Shown here piece after piece: positions 62,148 to 64,000 of a stretch of DNA of 64,000 bases. The number at the start of each line of letters is the position of its first letter. Positions within the stretch are counted from its first letter, which is position 1. The DNA comes from a virus. Where the stretch lies: the IMG/VR virus record IMGVR_UViG_3300044712_000340, positions 1-64,000 of that record. The stretch is one strand, 5' to 3'. Position numbers and translations under genes: made by a program. The notes under the pieces were generated by a model that was not told where the DNA came from, ran no database searches, and saw nothing but the letters and a program-made list of their open reading frames with translations.

Positions 62148-62723
62148 ATGAAAAAAATGATTTTAATTTTATTAACTATTTTAGCAATAGGATGTAAAGT
62201 ATCTACAACAGATATAGAAGTAAGTCCTTACATTGAACCGTCTTTAAATCTTAGAAATAACTTACCAACTAATCATAGATTTGGTATGCCTTTAAATTAT
62301 CCTAGCGGTAAAGGGTATTATGATGCTAACCCATTTGGAAACATAACTAAATATGGAAAGCATTTAGGAAGTGATTTAAATAAATTAGGAGGGGGAGATA
62401 ACGATTATAGAGATACAATATACTCTATAGGATACGGTGTTGTAGTACTCAGTACAGGAGCCTTAGTAGCAATTCTACATAAAACTATAAGTCAGGACAC
62501 TTCTTTTATAGTATCTAGTTACTTTCACTGTGATACTATATTTGTTCATGATGGAAAATATGTTACTGCGGGAGAACCTATAGCATTGGTAGGTAAAAAA
62601 TATACCAATAAAGCACATTTACATTTTGAGATTCTTACAGATACCACTAAAACTAACGGGTTTTATGGGGATTTACCTTGTTGTATAGATCCTGTAAAAT
62701 ATATAAATAATTATAACAAATAA
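62148..62723 (+). CDS. M23 peptidase lipoprotein
   Basis: Lipobox LAIGC, HLGSD and HLHFE zinc motifs; terminator hairpin 62728-62759. Confidence 0.85.
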   Translation: MKKMILILLTILAIGCKVSTTDIEVSPYIEPSLNLRNNLPTNHRFGMPLNYPSGKGYYDANPFGNITKYGKHLGSDLNKLGGGDNDYRDTIYSIGYGVVVLSTGALVAILHKTISQDTSFIVSSYFHCDTIFVHDGKYVTAGEPIALVGKKYTNKAHLHFEILTDTTKTNGFYGDLPCCIDPVKYINNYNK

Positions 62724-62736
62724 ATAAACCCAAGCT

Positions 62737-63930
62737 TTATTGCTTGGGTTCTTTTTTTCTTACTACTTTGTTTCCTTGCCCTATTCCTATAGATGTTGCA
62801 AATTGTTTTAACATATCTGGTGGTACTTTTATTCCTTCTTTTAAAGCTTTTTGGTAACTGCCTTTAGGCTTCCATCCTGCTTCTTCATCCAATCTTATAG
62901 ATTCTAGCATGTCTTTTTTGTATTGATCTATATCCTTCAATACTTGCTCTTGTTTAGGTCTTTCATATACTACTTCAGACTTAGGTTTTTCTTGTCCTGT
63001 AGCTTTCCAGTAATCTATGTCAGAACTATATCTTTTTACAATACCTCTCATTCCAGCGCTCTCTCCAGAACCTCCCCTAGAACTAACATAACCTTTCCAT
63101 GTAGACCAAGCATTTTTGCCAGGCCCTATAGTCTTAAGACCTAATTCATCAACTACTAAGTTATATACTTTATTGCCCTCTTCATCTACGTCTTCTACAT
63201 AACCTAATGTAGTTCCTCCATGTTGAGTGAGTGCTGTATTTTCTTCTCCTCTCCAGTTTTTAGCTTTAGGATTAACATATTTACCTCTAGCCTCTCCAAA
63301 TGTAAGCATAGAACCTATAGGTATGTCTCTGACATCTAAATCCATTAATTTTTGTAGATATTCTGGATCATTTGCATCTACTATATGTTCACCTAATTTA
63401 TTATATACAATGAAATCAGCAGCCTCCCAAGCATCTACACCTTTACTGCTACCTTGAGGTTTTTCTGCACCTGTATTATCTGTTACTACTTGTCCTTTAT
63501 ATTCTGGATGTTCTTTATAAGCTTTTTCATAATCCTCATAAAATCCTGTAAGAGAAGGGTGTAAAGTTTTAAAATTCTTACAACTAGAGCCAACACAACC
63601 AGCACCCTTAGTTTCTGCACTATACTTTATGTATTTTGGATTAGATAAATACTCATTTTCTAATTGCTTGTACTGATCAGGAGTAAATATTGCTTTAGTA
63701 TAATTAGGGGATTTTGTTTCTTTTTTAGGTACAGGATCTGTAGTTACTAGTGTACCATCTTCAGCATAATCTTCTCTCACAGGTAGTTTCTCTATAAGTC
63801 TATCTAAACCTGTATGATCTCCTTTCTCAAGTAATTCTAATACTCTTTTTCTATGAATTACAGGTATTATAGCTATATCGCCTTTCTTATTCTTTACCAC
63901 TAATTCTTTATTCTCAGCATTAATTTTCAT
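62737..63930 (-). CDS. Structural-module protein with possible CHAP/NlpC-like Cys-His domain
   Basis: GAGCVG, VDAWE, IPIGSML, TQHGG. Confidence 0.45.
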   Translation of the reverse strand: MKINAENKELVVKNKKGDIAIIPVIHRKRVLELLEKGDHTGLDRLIEKLPVREDYAEDGTLVTTDPVPKKETKSPNYTKAIFTPDQYKQLENEYLSNPKYIKYSAETKGAGCVGSSCKNFKTLHPSLTGFYEDYEKAYKEHPEYKGQVVTDNTGAEKPQGSSKGVDAWEAADFIVYNKLGEHIVDANDPEYLQKLMDLDVRDIPIGSMLTFGEARGKYVNPKAKNWRGEENTALTQHGGTTLGYVEDVDEEGNKVYNLVVDELGLKTIGPGKNAWSTWKGYVSSRGGSGESAGMRGIVKRYSSDIDYWKATGQEKPKSEVVYERPKQEQVLKDIDQYKKDMLESIRLDEEAGWKPKGSYQKALKEGIKVPPDMLKQFATSIGIGQGNKVVRKKEPKQ

Positions 63931-64000
63931 TATACTAAGGTTTTAAGGTGATTGTCAAACAAAAATAAAGATTCTTTAGAAGTACCAAAAGCATCTAAGA

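Noticed and set aside
58106-63457. Plus-strand ORFs overlapping large minus-strand genes (also 1226, 2608, 3062, 5793 and minus-strand shadows in the replication module)
   Set aside because: Antisense shadows of real genes with atypical composition
1-64000. Stop-codon reassignment as in some crAss-like phages
   Set aside because: Long genes are intact in the standard code, TAG and TGA both end genes, and no suppressor tRNA was seen

Overview
64 kb of an AT-rich crAss-like (Crassvirales-type) Bacteroidetes phage genome read in the standard genetic code. Layout: (1) 1-9.5 kb, minus strand: head/packaging module (major capsid, scaffold-like, portal, large terminase, GroES-like, HU/IHF-like). 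(2) 11-12 kb: RepL-like gene and a divergent non-coding control region. (3) 12-23 kb, plus strand: early region of small ORFs and single-TM micropeptides interleaved with about 20 back-to-back structured elements, each closed by an AT-rich terminal stem, plus two tRNA-like elements lacking a canonical anticodon loop. (4) 24-47 kb: replication module (PolA, SF2 helicase, DnaB-like helicase, AAA ATPase, primase, 5'-3' exonuclease, MTase, dUTPase) containing a complete ubiquitin-like conjugation cassette (Ubl with C-terminal extension, E2-like, JAB, E1/ThiF). (5) 47-58 kb, plus strand: tail fibre/receptor-binding module. (6) 58-64 kb: large virion protein, M23 lipoprotein and a putative Cys/His hydrolase. 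The two strongest candidates for new biology are the tandem structured-RNA array and the phage-encoded Ubl-E2-JAB-E1 system. All calls come from motif reading by eye; no database search or folding program was run.
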